Shown here: positions 25,105-35,294 of the stretch, one piece after another
Layout: each line of letters begins with the position of its first letter
Numbering within the stretch: the stretch's first letter is position 1
IMG/VR virus record: IMGVR_UViG_3300048599_000915
Location: 1-39,156 of that record
Strand: one strand, 5' to 3'
DNA: 39,156 bases
Origin: a virus
Taxonomy: Duplodnaviria; Caudoviricetes
Translations under genes and position numbers: made by a program
The notes under the pieces: model-generated
Told to the model about the DNA's origin: nothing
The model's database searches: none
Seen by the model: the letters and a program-made list of their open reading frames with translations, nothing else

Positions 25105-27294
25105 ATGGCCAACGGCTACGTCGTCTCGCGGGGGAACGCGACCACAGCGAACAACGCGAGCGTCACCCCGACCCTGCCGACCCACGCCACCGGCGATCTG
25201 CTGGTGCTGGTGTGGGGCGCGCGCGGGAACGGGGCTCCTGGGACGCCTTCGGGCTGGACGGCCGTGTCTGGCGGCCCCTGGTCCAACGGGACGTCGAACA
25301 CCAACCAGATCCACGTCTTCTACAAGATCGCCGCGTCATCGTCGGAGACCAACCCGACGGTGACCTATTCGGGCGGGGCGGCGGGCCAGGACACCCAGGC
25401 CTTCGCCTTCGTCCTGCGGGGCCCGACGTCGGTCTCTGCCCTCGGGTCGCAGTTCAACGGCACGTCGGCGCAGAACATCGGCAACATCACCGGCGGGGCC
25501 GTTTCCGCCTATCAAGCGGTCATGTTCGTGGGCGAGAAGGCCGACGACAGCACCGTCTCCGGCGCGGCGCGGCTGCAGGCCAACAGCCTCTTCTGGGCAA
25601 TCGCCGGCTACTCCTCGACCACGACCGGGAACGACGCGACCCTGCTCGCGCAGCTCGCCCTGCCACGGGCTGGCGTGACGATCTCTTCGTCGACCCTGGT
25701 CATCTCCGGCGGCGCATCGGCCACATCGGTCGGCATCAGTCTCGTGTTCGATGCGGTCGACGACTGGCCGTGCGCCTGGAACCCGATGGCGACGGACTAC
25801 CTGCGGGGCTACGGGCCCTGCAACGTCTCGGGGTCCGACTTCCTCACGGTCCAATGCACCAACTTCGGCCGCATTGCCGCGGGCAAGGGCATCCCCGACG
25901 GAGCCAAGGGCTACTTTGAGATCACCGTCACGTCCGTGACCTCGGGCGGTGTCGTCGGCGTGGTCGGCGAGATCCACGACTTCGACAACGGCGCGGGTTA
26001 TCCGGGCGGCCTGCAGTATTCGATGGGCTGGGGCACCAACGGCGAAATCCGGGAGTGGTCGACGCTCGCGACGACCGTCAACACCTGGACCACGGGCGAC
26101 GTGCTGGGGATCGCGGTCGACCGAACCCAGAGCAACGACACGTTCTGGTTCCGGGTCAACGGCGGGAACTGGAACAACAGCGGCAGCGCCGACCCCGCCA
26201 CCAACACCGGCGGGATAACCGGCTACGGCAACCTCACCGGCCGGGCGGCCCTCTATCCCTCGGTAAAGACCGAAGCCAGCGTGTCGACCTTCACTCTCAA
26301 CGCCGGCAAGTCGGCTTGGGCCTACACGCCACCCTCGGGCTTTTCCGGGCTCGATACGGGCGCCAACAACTACTCGCAGAGCCTGTCCGCTTCTAACCAA
26401 CCGGTCTCGGCGCTCGTCCGCCGGGCCGGCAAGCCGCTCCTGGCCACCAACACCCCGACGAAGAGCCTCGTGCGGGCCGTCGCGAAGGCGCTGAGCGCCA
26501 CGACGACGCCAACGAAGCAGATCCTGCGCTCGACCACCAAGACGCTGCTGGCGGCCAACACCCCCGTCGCAGCGTTGGCCTCGGCCCGCGTGCTTCTGAA
26601 ATCCGTGCTCGCGGCTACGCAGCCGGTGGCCTCCCTGGCGCGTCAGGCCGGCAAACTGCTGCTCTCAACTGACGCTGCAGCGGCCTCGCTCGGCCGCGCC
26701 AGCACCAAGACGCTCTCGACCACGACGACGCCAGCCAAGTCGATCAGCCGGGCCACGACGAAGCGGCTGGGGGCCACGTCCACGCCGGTCGCGAGCCTCG
26801 CCAAGCTGAAAGCCATCGCCGTCGCCCTGCTGGCCGCGACAACGCCGTCTGCCCTGCTGACCCGGCGCACCACGAAGCCGATGCCGACGACGACCGCCGC
26901 GGCGGCCAACGTCTCGCGCTCGACGACAAAGCGGCTCCTGACGGCCACCACGCCAGCGCGGGCGCTGTCCACGCTGCGGGTGCGGCTGAAGATCCTGCAG
27001 GCGTCCACGACGCCGGTGGCGAGCCTGGGGCGCGGGATCGGGAAGCTGCTGCGGGCGGCAACGTCGGCGGTGGCCCGGCTCGCCCTCGACATCGAACGGA
27101 CATTGCCGTCGGCCCCGCCCCCGTGGCGCCCGCCGGGCTATTTCATCCCGCCGTTCGGCTTTCCCGGCGTGGGCGTCGTCTTCCTTCCGGTCTGGACCGA
27201 TCCGGATCCGGCACTCGGCGAATGGACACCCGCAAATCGACCCTCGGCCTCTTGGACCGCGCCACGGCGGGCCGAGACGAAATGGAGCAAGTGA
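25105..27294 (+). CDS. Large appendage protein: beta domain + SPRY/B30.2-like domain + Thr/Ser/Ala-rich repeats
   Basis: KGYFEITV...TWTTGDVLGIAVD...WFRVNG...LYPSV...LNAG...YTPPSGF (SPRY-like); about 13 repeats of 18-20 aa. Confidence 0.8.
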   Translation: MANGYVVSRGNATTANNASVTPTLPTHATGDLLVLVWGARGNGAPGTPSGWTAVSGGPWSNGTSNTNQIHVFYKIAASSSETNPTVTYSGGAAGQDTQAFAFVLRGPTSVSALGSQFNGTSAQNIGNITGGAVSAYQAVMFVGEKADDSTVSGAARLQANSLFWAIAGYSSTTTGNDATLLAQLALPRAGVTISSSTLVISGGASATSVGISLVFDAVDDWPCAWNPMATDYLRGYGPCNVSGSDFLTVQCTNFGRIAAGKGIPDGAKGYFEITVTSVTSGGVVGVVGEIHDFDNGAGYPGGLQYSMGWGTNGEIREWSTLATTVNTWTTGDVLGIAVDRTQSNDTFWFRVNGGNWNNSGSADPATNTGGITGYGNLTGRAALYPSVKTEASVSTFTLNAGKSAWAYTPPSGFSGLDTGANNYSQSLSASNQPVSALVRRAGKPLLATNTPTKSLVRAVAKALSATTTPTKQILRSTTKTLLAANTPVAALASARVLLKSVLAATQPVASLARQAGKLLLSTDAAAASLGRASTKTLSTTTTPAKSISRATTKRLGATSTPVASLAKLKAIAVALLAATTPSALLTRRTTKPMPTTTAAAANVSRSTTKRLLTATTPARALSTLRVRLKILQASTTPVASLGRGIGKLLRAATSAVARLALDIERTLPSAPPPWRPPGYFIPPFGFPGVGVVFLPVWTDPDPALGEWTPANRPSASWTAPRRAETKWSK

Positions 27295-28065
27295 ATGCCC
27301 TACACCGATGACGAAATCGTCCTCGAAGAGGGGGGCGATCCCGAAGCCTTGCTCATGCCCACCGAGGGCGCCTCGCGCGGCGTCTGGGGCAACCTGCTGA
27401 ACGCCGGCTGCATCAACAAGATCACCAAGGCGATCAAGTACGGCCAGGACCAACTCGCCGCCCTCTCTGGCAGCGACAACAGTATCGTAAGCCGGATCGA
27501 GGCGCTTGAGGGTCAGGCGCCCGGCGGGTGGACCAACTGGCGTTCGGGACAGTGGTATCGACCGCCGATCTGCGAGGGAATGAGCGTCGAGCTCGTGGTG
27601 ATGAACAACACCCGTCGATACCTCGTGCCTTTCCCGTACGTGGGCCGCTTCGATGGCTTCGGCTACGGCCACTCCGGGCCGCAGAACGACTACAACCTCT
27701 ACATCATCGATACCCTCCCGAACGGCATGCCAGGGGACGTTCTCTGGCAGACGACGAAGACCTCTCCGAATGGCGGCGGGACCCAGATCGCCACCATCTC
27801 ACCCACGATCACGCTCAAGCGGCCGTGCTGGTTGGGCATCAAGAGCTTCTTTGGGCAGATCTACTGTCGCGGCAACAGCGACCTGACGGTTTTTCCGCCG
27901 GTGCCGAAGGTGCCGTCGTCGTGGGCGCTGGGCACTAGCGAATTCCAGCCGGACGTCGAGGACATTCCCTATGTCGTCTATGGCGACCAGGCGCCCTACA
28001 CGCCGACGACGCTCGGGAACAACGGCTCTTTCATGGGGCCTGATATCGCCCTGCGGTCGGCCTGA
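27295..28065 (+). CDS. Virion-associated hypothetical protein (256 aa)
   Basis: Coupled ORF in the tail module; N-terminal anchor-like GASRGVWGNLLN. Confidence 0.7.
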   Translation: MPYTDDEIVLEEGGDPEALLMPTEGASRGVWGNLLNAGCINKITKAIKYGQDQLAALSGSDNSIVSRIEALEGQAPGGWTNWRSGQWYRPPICEGMSVELVVMNNTRRYLVPFPYVGRFDGFGYGHSGPQNDYNLYIIDTLPNGMPGDVLWQTTKTSPNGGGTQIATISPTITLKRPCWLGIKSFFGQIYCRGNSDLTVFPPVPKVPSSWALGTSEFQPDVEDIPYVVYGDQAPYTPTTLGNNGSFMGPDIALRSA

Positions 28066-29558
28066 TGCCGCTCGCCACGCTCAAGATCGCGCCCGGCCAA
28101 AACCGCGGCGGGACCGAGGCAAAATCTGCGGGCGCATGGTTCTTTGGCGTCCTCGTGCGCAATGGCGTCGAGGGCGACCTGGAGCCCGAACGGGGCTGGG
28201 TGCCTCGGAGCGTGGTGCAGGTGGGTGACGGTCCCGAAGCGATCACTGGCCTCGTGCGCGCGCTGTTCGTCTACAAGGACGACTTCGACACGTCGCGCAT
28301 CGTCGCCGGCTCCCACACCGGTCTCTTTGTCGTCTACCTCAACGGCAACCTGATCGACATCACGCCCGAGGAGTATGTGGAGGGGACCGCCGACACACAG
28401 GTCCAGACCGGCTACGGCGGGGGCGACTACGGCGGGGGCGACTACGGCACGCCGAGACCGCTGACAGACCCGCCCGTCGACTGCTCGGTGTGGTCGCTGT
28501 GGTCGTATTCGTCGTATCTCGTGGCCTGCTGCTCGACCGACGGCAAGATCTACAAATGGGAGAATGACAACGACGAGGTCGCTGTCCCCGTCCCGAACGC
28601 GCCGACGCTCTGCCGCGGCATACTCGTCGTCGAAAACTTCCTCATGGCGCTGGGCGCCGACGGAAACCCCCGGAAGATCGCGTGGCCCGACCGGGGCTTC
28701 AATGAGATCTGGACGCCGGACGCCACCAACCAGGCGGGCGACTTCCTTCTGCCGACGCCGGGCCGCTTGATGTGCGGCGCGCCGGTGAGCGGCCAGGCGC
28801 TCATCCTGACGGATGTGGATGCCTGGGTCGGTGACTACGGCGATGTCGCGGTGTGGACTTTCCAAAAGTTGGGCGACGGCATGGGCGCGATCAGCCAGGG
28901 CGCCCTCGTCAGCGCCTCCACGCAAGCGTTCTGGTGGTCGCCCGGCGGCTTCATGGTCTGCCAGTCCGGATACGCCAGGATCATCGACTGTCCGGTGTGG
29001 GAGCTGGTCAACGGCGAGCTGAACGTCGGCCAAAAAGCGAAGGTCAGCGTCTACCTTAACTCGCTGGAGAACGAAGTCGGCTGGTACTATCCCGGCGAGA
29101 ATTCCAACGAGTGCAACCGCAAGGTCACCCTGAACTACCAGACCGGCAAGTGGTGGACCTCGGACTACAACCGCACCGCCGCCTGCGACCGGGGCGCGCT
29201 CGACAGCCCCGTCGCCGTCGCGCCGGACGGCAAGCTCTACGACCATGAGGTGGGCTTCGCCTACGATGGCGGCATGGTGGCCAAGGGCCGCACGGGCCCA
29301 ATCAAGATCGGTGAGGGCGACAACGTCATCCGCATCGGCGGCTATGTCCCGGACCAGCGCACGCTCGGCGAAGCGACTGTCACCATCTACGCCAAGGACC
29401 GACCGACAGACCTCTACACGGCTTACGGCCCCTACCCGGCGGCCTCGTATAACCACCTGAGGATCAGTGGCCGCACGATTGAGGTCGAATTCGCCTTCAC
29501 CGGCGACGGCCGAGTGGGCGAGCCCCAGCTCGAAATCGAGAAAGGTGGCAAGCGATGA
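28065..29558 (+). CDS. Tail nozzle / DNA-stabilisation protein (P22 gp10-like beta-propeller)
   Basis: GYGGGDYG, RKIAWPD...WTPDATNQAGD...ENEVGWYYP...YDHEVG. Confidence 0.75.
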   Translation: MPLATLKIAPGQNRGGTEAKSAGAWFFGVLVRNGVEGDLEPERGWVPRSVVQVGDGPEAITGLVRALFVYKDDFDTSRIVAGSHTGLFVVYLNGNLIDITPEEYVEGTADTQVQTGYGGGDYGGGDYGTPRPLTDPPVDCSVWSLWSYSSYLVACCSTDGKIYKWENDNDEVAVPVPNAPTLCRGILVVENFLMALGADGNPRKIAWPDRGFNEIWTPDATNQAGDFLLPTPGRLMCGAPVSGQALILTDVDAWVGDYGDVAVWTFQKLGDGMGAISQGALVSASTQAFWWSPGGFMVCQSGYARIIDCPVWELVNGELNVGQKAKVSVYLNSLENEVGWYYPGENSNECNRKVTLNYQTGKWWTSDYNRTAACDRGALDSPVAVAPDGKLYDHEVGFAYDGGMVAKGRTGPIKIGEGDNVIRIGGYVPDQRTLGEATVTIYAKDRPTDLYTAYGPYPAASYNHLRISGRTIEVEFAFTGDGRVGEPQLEIEKGGKR

Positions 29559-29761
29559 ACCTGCCCGACGCCCCGGCCGGTTACAGCGCCAACGATCAGC
29601 GCAACGTCCGTCGCCAGATCGCGGACGCGGACCGGAAGAACCTGAAGCGTGGCGCGCCCATCGAGGGCGCGTCGACGCCCTACGTCGCGGTCTCGCCCAA
29701 CGGGACGCGCTTTATTCTCGGCGTCTCCGATGCGGGCGCCACCGTCTGGACGCCAGAATGA
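29555..29761 (+). CDS. Small tail protein (68 aa)
   Basis: LPDAPAGYS...SPNGTRFILGVSDAG; ATGA coupling. Confidence 0.7.
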   Translation: MNLPDAPAGYSANDQRNVRRQIADADRKNLKRGAPIEGASTPYVAVSPNGTRFILGVSDAGATVWTPE

Positions 29762-29961
29762 AGAAGGTCTTCCCGCTCCGCAAAGAGCTGTTCGCCGAAG
29801 CTGGCCTGGAGTTCACCTTCATCACCGGCGAAGAGGTGCTGATCATTCTGCCCGGCGGCCAGGACATGGTCCGGGCGAAGGTGGCGGACGATCAGGTCGA
29901 GCTCTATCCGGCCCGGTCGTCCCTGCAAAAGGAAGTGGCGCGTCTCCTTGCCGCCCTCTGA
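29758..29961 (+). CDS. Hypothetical protein (67 aa, MKKVFPLRKE...)
   Basis: ATGA coupling; typical codon usage. Confidence 0.6.
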   Translation: MKKVFPLRKELFAEAGLEFTFITGEEVLIILPGGQDMVRAKVADDQVELYPARSSLQKEVARLLAAL

Positions 29962-30325
29962 ATGGGAGCGGTGCAAAGGCTGGATCGCTGACGCGCTCCC
30001 CTACGCGGACCACTCCCACACGCTCGATGACATCGAGGCCATGCTGATCCAGGGGCGGCTCTGGCTCTACGCGGGCCACCGCTCGGCGATGGTGCTGGAG
30101 GTAGTCGAGAACCCCCAGTGGAAGGCGTTGCACGTCTTCCTCGGGGGCGGGGACCTCGAAGAGATTAAGGCCATGCTCCCCCGCCTGGACAAGGTCGCGC
30201 GGGAGCTGGGCTGCAAGAAGGTGGGCATGACGGGCCGGCCCGGCTGGGCGCGTGCGCTGCAGGGCCTCGGTTATCGGATGTTGGCCGCGGTGGTTGAAAA
30301 GGAGTTGGCCGATGAGCCTGAATAA
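29948..30325 (+). CDS. GNAT-fold podovirus assembly protein
   Basis: ALHVFLGGGDL...ARELGCKKV.MTGRPGWARAL...GY. Confidence 0.8.
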   Translation: MPPSEWERCKGWIADALPYADHSHTLDDIEAMLIQGRLWLYAGHRSAMVLEVVENPQWKALHVFLGGGDLEEIKAMLPRLDKVARELGCKKVGMTGRPGWARALQGLGYRMLAAVVEKELADEPE

Positions 30326-31529
30326 ATCGAAGTCGAGCTCGTCGTCGTCCCAGTCGCTCGACCCCGGGATCATGGCCCAGCTCAACGACTTCCTGGCCCA
30401 GACTCAGCAGTACGCGGCCGGCGTGAAGCCCTACGACGGCCAGATCAACGCCGGGACGACACCCGGCATGCAGAGCTATCTCGATCTCGCTGGCAGCTTC
30501 GTCGACCCCGCGAAAGCCGCGTATGGGACCGCGGCATCGGGCATCAACGGCGCCCTGACCTTTCAGCCCAGCACGATCACCGCGCCGGCCATGAGCGCCG
30601 CCAGCGCCGGTCAAGCGGCCACCGTCGACCCGACGACGATCATGCAGAACCTCACGGCGGCGAACGCCAGCGGGATCGATCGCGGCTCCATCCGCGACGT
30701 CGTCCTGCCCGCGCTCGATGGGGCGGCGATCCGGGCTCTGTTCAATCCGTTCGAAGACAGCAAAGTCGCCGCGGCTCAGAACGACTTCGAGCGCCAGCGC
30801 CAGATCGCTCAGAACGCCGACGCCTTCAAGTTCAAGTCCGGCGCCTGGGGCGGCTCTCGCCAAGGCGTCCAAGGCGCCCAGACGAACGAGGCGGCTCTGA
30901 GGGCCGCGGATAGCGCCATCGCCGATCTGCGGCTGCAGGGCTGGAACAGCGCCGGCCAGTTGGCCTTGGGCGCGCGCGGCCAGGACCTCTCCGCGATGCA
31001 GGGCAACCAGCAGGCCGATCAGTTCGTCGCCGGCCAGAACGCTGAAACGAGCCGCTTCAATGCCGGGCAGAAGAACGACATGTCGCGGTTCGGCGCCGGC
31101 ATCCTGTCTGACCTTGGCCAATTCAATGCGACCGCCACCAACACCCGGGCGGAAGCGGACGCCGGTCGCACCCAGGACGCCAGCAAGACGAACGTCGACA
31201 ACGCCCTGCAGGCGGCGATCCAGAACCAGGATGCCGAAACCGCTGGGGCCGACATTCGGCTACGCGGCGCAGGCGCGGCGGGCGATCTCGCGACGAACCT
31301 GTCGAAGGCCATCGCCGACGCGGCGGGGGTTTCGCAGAACCTCGCGCAGGGCGATCTCGACCGCATGTCGACGGCGTACCAGCAGGCGCTCCAAAACGGG
31401 CTGTCGGTGCAGCAGGCCCTGCAGGCGGCTTACAACCTACTGCCGGATCCGAAGATGACGACGTCCACATCCAAGGGCAGCAGCTTCGGGTTCAGCATCC
31501 CGAAGGCGTCCCTTCCGACGGGGGAATAA
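30312..31529 (+). CDS. DNA ejection / pilot protein 1
   Basis: Ala/Gln/Asn-rich; NPF...GAWGGSRQGV; AAGGAG SD. Confidence 0.8.
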   Translation: MSLNKSKSSSSSSQSLDPGIMAQLNDFLAQTQQYAAGVKPYDGQINAGTTPGMQSYLDLAGSFVDPAKAAYGTAASGINGALTFQPSTITAPAMSAASAGQAATVDPTTIMQNLTAANASGIDRGSIRDVVLPALDGAAIRALFNPFEDSKVAAAQNDFERQRQIAQNADAFKFKSGAWGGSRQGVQGAQTNEAALRAADSAIADLRLQGWNSAGQLALGARGQDLSAMQGNQQADQFVAGQNAETSRFNAGQKNDMSRFGAGILSDLGQFNATATNTRAEADAGRTQDASKTNVDNALQAAIQNQDAETAGADIRLRGAGAAGDLATNLSKAIADAAGVSQNLAQGDLDRMSTAYQQALQNGLSVQQALQAAYNLLPDPKMTTSTSKGSSFGFSIPKASLPTGE

Positions 31530-31532
31530 GGC

Positions 31533-33173
31533 ATGAATAGCGCTCTGCGCACTATCGGCAACCTCCTCGATAACCTGACCGGCGGCTATGTTCGCGCCGG
31601 GCAGCAATGGGACGCGTACAATGCGCGTCGGGACCTTGCGCTTCAGCGCCAGCAGGATCTGACGAAGGCCATCTCGGACATGAACCCGACGCCCCAAGAG
31701 CGGGCGCTTGCGCTCACCGGGCCCGAGGGCATCGCCGCAGTGGTCAAGGCTCGCCAGGACCAAGCCGCCAAGGACGCGGAGGTCAAGCGCTCCTCCCAGG
31801 ACCGGGGCGAGTGGTTGCAGTACGGTGAACGGCTCGACCTGCCCTATGCCGAGCGGGTGGCCATGGCCGCCGATCCGAAGAAGTGGGCTGAGAGCCGCGC
31901 CAAGCGACTAGAGCCGACTACCGCCAGCCCGGGCTCTGTCGTCTTCATGGACGGGGCGCCGATCGGCAGCGCGCCGGTCGAGATGGAGCCGGACCGGGAG
32001 CTGCGCGACCCGATCACGGGGCGCCTGATCGCCAAGACGGCGCCGAAGGTCGAGCACTTCCTGAAGGGTCGCGATCAGTCCCTGATCGAAGTGGGTGGAC
32101 CCCAAGTCGCGCAGTCCGACCCGAGCGTCAGCACGCCCAGCGCCGGCGCATCGGCTCCTCGCGGCATTCGGAACAACAACCCGCTGAACCTCACCAGTCT
32201 TCCCGAGGGCCGGTGGGCCGGGCAGACGGGCGACGATGGCCGATATGCGGTCTTCAACACGCCCGAAGCTGGTTTTGCGGCGGCGGACAAGAACCTGCAG
32301 GCTTACGGCAGCCGCCACGGCATCAACACCATCTCCGGCGTCATCAGCCGGTGGGCGCCGTCGTCTGAGAACGACACGGGCGCCTATATCAACACCGTCG
32401 CACGGGAGCTGGGGATCGACCCCAACGCCAAGATCGACCTTGGCGATGCTGGCTTGCGCCAGCGCCTCCTCACCTCGATGGCGAAGGTCGAGAACGGCCA
32501 GCCGGTTCATCTTCCCGCCGCCCCGGCCTCGCCAGGCACGGCCCCCGCCCCTGCTGGCGGAGGTCCTCGGGTGATCGCCCCAGCCGATGCCAACACTCTC
32601 GAATGGCAGGACCTCCCCGGCGGCGGCCAAGTCAACACCCGGACCGGGCAGAAGCGCGGCACGCCCGAGGTCAAGACGCTGGAGAGCGACAAGGCTGGCG
32701 TTATGTTCCTCAAGCGGGCGCTGGACGCCAACGACCGCCTGAATGCGGTGGCGGAACGCGGCATCCTCAAGCCGAGCGCGTGGAAGCTGGTTTCCGAGAA
32801 GAACGGCGTGTCGCGCCTCGTGCTCAGCCGGCCCGAAGATCGCCAGTTCGTCCAAGCCGCCAAGGAGTGGCTTGCCCCGGTCTTGCGTAAGGACACCGGC
32901 GCGGCGGTCACGGACAGCGAGTTCATCTACTACACGCAGATCTTCATCCCCTCGCCCGAGGACGACCCTCAGACGCTCGCCCAGAAAGCTCAGGCCCGGC
33001 ACGACTACATGGCGACGCAGGCCGGCATCTACGGGCCGCTCTACGACAAGACGTATGGCAAGCGCTCCTTCCATGTCGTCTATCCCAAGGCCGGCCAGCC
33101 TGAACCGCAGGGCGGCCAACCGCCAGCAGCCCGCGTCCGCCGCTTCAACCCGCTAACCGGCCGCCTGGAGTAG
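31533..33173 (+). CDS. DNA ejection protein 2 with lysozyme-like (virion peptidoglycan hydrolase) domain
   Basis: PRGIRNNNPLNL...YAVFNTPEAG...TISGVISRWAPSSENDTGAY...MAKVENG; C-terminal VLRKDTGAAV. Confidence 0.82.
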   Translation: MNSALRTIGNLLDNLTGGYVRAGQQWDAYNARRDLALQRQQDLTKAISDMNPTPQERALALTGPEGIAAVVKARQDQAAKDAEVKRSSQDRGEWLQYGERLDLPYAERVAMAADPKKWAESRAKRLEPTTASPGSVVFMDGAPIGSAPVEMEPDRELRDPITGRLIAKTAPKVEHFLKGRDQSLIEVGGPQVAQSDPSVSTPSAGASAPRGIRNNNPLNLTSLPEGRWAGQTGDDGRYAVFNTPEAGFAAADKNLQAYGSRHGINTISGVISRWAPSSENDTGAYINTVARELGIDPNAKIDLGDAGLRQRLLTSMAKVENGQPVHLPAAPASPGTAPAPAGGGPRVIAPADANTLEWQDLPGGGQVNTRTGQKRGTPEVKTLESDKAGVMFLKRALDANDRLNAVAERGILKPSAWKLVSEKNGVSRLVLSRPEDRQFVQAAKEWLAPVLRKDTGAAVTDSEFIYYTQIFIPSPEDDPQTLAQKAQARHDYMATQAGIYGPLYDKTYGKRSFHVVYPKAGQPEPQGGQPPAARVRRFNPLTGRLE

Positions 33174-33176
33174 CCC

Positions 33177-35294
33177 ATGCCCATTCAGGTTCAGGCGCCC
33201 GACGGCTCCGTTGCGGAGTTCCCTGACGGCACGCCCGACGCCCAAATCGAAGCCGTCATGCGCCGCGAGTTCAGCGCGACGAAACCCGCCGCGGCGGCTC
33301 CGAAAGACCGGTCGCTGTTGCGCGATATCACCGGCGCGATGGCGAACCTCAACCGAGGGATCGGCATCGGCGACGAGATGGCGGCGGGCCTAAGCACCCT
33401 GGTCAATGCCACCAAGGACGCCGCCGCTGGCCGGAAGGGCCCGGGCTGGGGCGACCGGTTCGACGCCGAGATGGCGCACCAGCGGGGCATCGAGGACGAC
33501 TTCACCGCCGCCCACCCGGTTGCCTCCCCCCTTATTCGCGGGACTGGGAACGCGCTGACAACCCTGGCTCCCACCGGGGCGGGCGCTCAGGCGATGCGGG
33601 GCAGCAACGCGCTGGTCACGGCCGCCAAGAGCGGGCTGGCGGGCGCTACCGCCGGCGCCGGCTACGGCGTCGCGGATCGGGGCGACGCGGAAGAGCGTGC
33701 TCGCGCTGGTCAGGTCGGTGCGGCCGTGGGCGGCGCGCTCGGGACCGGCATCGGTGGCCTGATGGCGAAACTGACCGGCGGCCGGGCGTCCCCGATGCAG
33801 GAGGGCATGCAGCAGGCCGAGGAGGCGCTGGCCAGCGTCGGCCTGAACATCCGGAACCTCTCGAATGACGCCGTCGATCGCATCCGCTTCCACATCAACA
33901 ACGGCCGCTCCGGCCGTGAGGCCGCCCTGGCCGTCACCTCCACGAACGACCTGCCCGTGCCCGTGCCGATGACGCGCGGCCAGCGCACCGGCGACCCGGG
34001 CCAGCAGCTCAGCGAGAACCTGATGCTGCGCGGCGCTCGCGGGTCCGCCGCTTCGCGCCATATGCGAGGCCTGGCTGAGGAACAGCAGGACGCCCTCCGC
34101 GGCAACGTGGCGGCGATCACTGATCAGATGTCCGGCGGCCAGCCTATGCGCCGTGGCCAGGGCGGCGAGATGGTGTCCGACGCTCTGAACCAGCGCTACG
34201 ACGCGGCCGAGCAGGGCGTTCGCCAGCGCTATGCCGCCGCCCGGGAGGCGGACGCCGGCGCCCGTCTCTCCGGCGAACACGGTCCGGCCTTCGCCCAGCG
34301 TATCCGCGAGGGCGTGCAGGACTTCGACATGGAGCGCGTCCCGTCGGTCGCGCGCGAGCTGAACCGCCTCGACAGCGCCAACCAGGCCGGCCCGCTTTCC
34401 GTGCGGGAGGTGTTCGACACACGCGCCCGGCTGACGAATCTGCGCAGCAGCACCGATAGCGTCGAGGCCGCGGCTGCCGCGCGCGCGGTGCGGAGCCTCG
34501 ACGACAGCGTGGACGAGGCCCTGACCAATGATCTGATCAGCGGCGACACGAACAGCGTGGCCGCCTGGCGCAACGCTATCGGCGCCCGCCGGGACTTCGG
34601 CCGGCTCTTCCAGGGTGACGACCTGATCGAGAAACTGACCGAGCGCGTGTCGCGTGGCGGGGAGAACCGCACGCTGGCCGTCGCTCCGGAGGATGCCGCC
34701 AACTACATTCTCGGACGCTCCGACCTTGGCTTCGTCGGCAAGCGCAACCTCAACCGCGATCTCGGGCGCCTCCGCGATGTCCTGGGAGCCGATAGTGAGG
34801 CCTGGAACGGCATCAGGGCCGAAACCTTCATGCGCCTCGCCTCAGCCGGCGAGGGGCCCGTGGAGGCCGGCCAGCGGCAGTTCTCGGGCGCTAAATTCCT
34901 GAAGGCCTGGACGGACATGAACCGGCGCGACCCGCACTTGGTGCAGGCGCTCTACACGCCGGAGGAGCGGAACACCGTCGCCCGTCTCGCCGCCGTAGCG
35001 GCGCGCGTCACGAGCCCGGTCAAGGGTGGCGACAACAGTTCCAACACAGCGGTGACCGCGGCCCGACTGCTGGGAAACCTGCGGTTCCTGCGGGGCCTGC
35101 CATTCGTCAAGGACATGGCGAACGAGATGGAGGTCCAACTCAACCTCGGACTCGCCCGACGCGCCACGAACCCGAACCTCTCGCGAGCGCCGCGCCCGGC
35201 GCCTACCCCCGGCCGGGGCCCTTCAGCGCGTGCGCTCTTAGGAATCGGCGCCGCCGCCAATGCCAGCCGATCGTCCATGCCGTACGGGCAATAA
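33177..35294 (+). CDS. DNA ejection protein 3 (705 aa)
   Basis: VQAPDGSVAEFPDGTPDAQI N-terminus; GIGDEMAAG; PMTRGQRTGD. Confidence 0.8.
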   Translation: MPIQVQAPDGSVAEFPDGTPDAQIEAVMRREFSATKPAAAAPKDRSLLRDITGAMANLNRGIGIGDEMAAGLSTLVNATKDAAAGRKGPGWGDRFDAEMAHQRGIEDDFTAAHPVASPLIRGTGNALTTLAPTGAGAQAMRGSNALVTAAKSGLAGATAGAGYGVADRGDAEERARAGQVGAAVGGALGTGIGGLMAKLTGGRASPMQEGMQQAEEALASVGLNIRNLSNDAVDRIRFHINNGRSGREAALAVTSTNDLPVPVPMTRGQRTGDPGQQLSENLMLRGARGSAASRHMRGLAEEQQDALRGNVAAITDQMSGGQPMRRGQGGEMVSDALNQRYDAAEQGVRQRYAAAREADAGARLSGEHGPAFAQRIREGVQDFDMERVPSVARELNRLDSANQAGPLSVREVFDTRARLTNLRSSTDSVEAAAAARAVRSLDDSVDEALTNDLISGDTNSVAAWRNAIGARRDFGRLFQGDDLIEKLTERVSRGGENRTLAVAPEDAANYILGRSDLGFVGKRNLNRDLGRLRDVLGADSEAWNGIRAETFMRLASAGEGPVEAGQRQFSGAKFLKAWTDMNRRDPHLVQALYTPEERNTVARLAAVAARVTSPVKGGDNSSNTAVTAARLLGNLRFLRGLPFVKDMANEMEVQLNLGLARRATNPNLSRAPRPAPTPGRGPSARALLGIGAAANASRSSMPYGQ

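Noticed and set aside
22112-28065. Diversity-generating retroelement or invertible tail-fibre cassette
   Set aside because: No reverse transcriptase, no invertase and no TR/VR duplicate seen
28409-28449. 15-bp tandem repeat GACTACGGCGGGGGC
   Set aside because: Encodes the GYGGGDYGGGDYG motif usual in this tail protein type; a protein-level repeat
13363-29456. Long minus-strand ORFs (e.g. 13363-14997, 15694-17712, 21950-23092, 27996-29456)
   Set aside because: Antisense shadows of high-GC genes with clear + strand products
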